A stretch of 64,000 nucleotides of DNA. Source: Macrostomum lignano (taxonomy: Eukaryota). This document shows, in pieces, positions 63,430-64,000 of the stretch (position 1 is the stretch's first letter; the number at the start of each line of letters is the position of its first letter). The stretch is from the NCBI GenBank assembly GCA_002269645.1, contig NIVC01001886.1, forward strand, positions 1-64,000, given 5' to 3'. The notes beneath the pieces were generated by a model. It was not told the DNA's origin, did not search any database, and saw nothing but the letters and a program-made list of their open reading frames with translations. The position numbers were made by a program, and so were the translations under genes.

Positions 63430-63950
63430 CATTTTACGATCACCTAGCACTGTCCCTATGGGAGTCGGGACTTTTGTTATACGATCCCCCCACAGAGGAC
63501 GGCAAAATTGCTCTTAAAATCAAATATCAAAATGGGACCAATTCTAAGCGCATCATTTTAACATCAAATCTTGTGTCTTATAGAAGTTAGAAGCCTGTCC
63601 TTATATTCACGATATACAATCATATGTTATACGATCATTTAAATGGTGAATTTATATGCAGATGATTGCAAGACAAAACCGAAAGAGCTTGTGGGTTTCG
63701 AATTACGATCACTGCATTAGTAGAATTGTATTGGAGGGATTGTATGACGAAAGTGAATGGATTGCTACATATATTAACTGATTAATATATTAACTGATCA
63801 TTGTCACTCTACAGACTGTATCTTAAAACTGTATTTGTTATAAATTCGCACGCCATGCCCCCCTCACTTTTGTCATAAGATCACCCCTTGGTATAATACA
63901 TAGGTCCAATGAACTGGGGGGATCGTAAGACGAAAGTGAGGGGAGGCCGC
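63430..63950. mobile_element. Probable non-autonomous DNA-transposon remnant with direct and inverted subterminal motifs
   Basis: Motif cactttYgtYatacgatccccc occurs in both orientations (about 63470 +, 63735 -, 63866 +, 63915 -). Confidence 0.4.
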
Positions 63951-64000
63951 ATGCCCAAAAAGGTTGTAATACAGTTTTAGTAAAAAAGTGCTTCTCATTT

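Overview
This is eukaryotic (metazoan) genomic DNA with GC-rich exons, GT-AG introns and more than 20 different minisatellite arrays. The style (polyQ/polyA exons, satellite-filled introns, TTAGGG tracts) resembles the flatworm Macrostomum lignano; that is an inference, not a database result. Genes reconstructed by hand from splice sites and reading frame: the last exon of a class A GPCR (+, with a 1-nt frameshift), a 4-TM claudin/PMP22-like gene (-), a two-exon secreted Gly-Arg-Lys-repeat protein missed by the ORF track (-), a complete 8-exon MED13 (+), a minimal 3-exon MARCH-type RING-CH E3 ligase (+), a 4-exon C2H2 zinc-finger gene with CtBP-binding motifs (+) and YTHDF (-). Mobile DNA includes non-LTR retrotransposon fragments, three copies of a tRNA-derived SINE and MITE-like palindromes. 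Most long ORFs in the track are translations of non-coding satellites, and there is no CRISPR array. The best novelty lead is the small secreted polycationic (GRK)n protein at 14302-14854. Secondary leads are motifs shared across unrelated minisatellites, an inverted RT fragment inside telomere-like repeats, and derived features of MED13.
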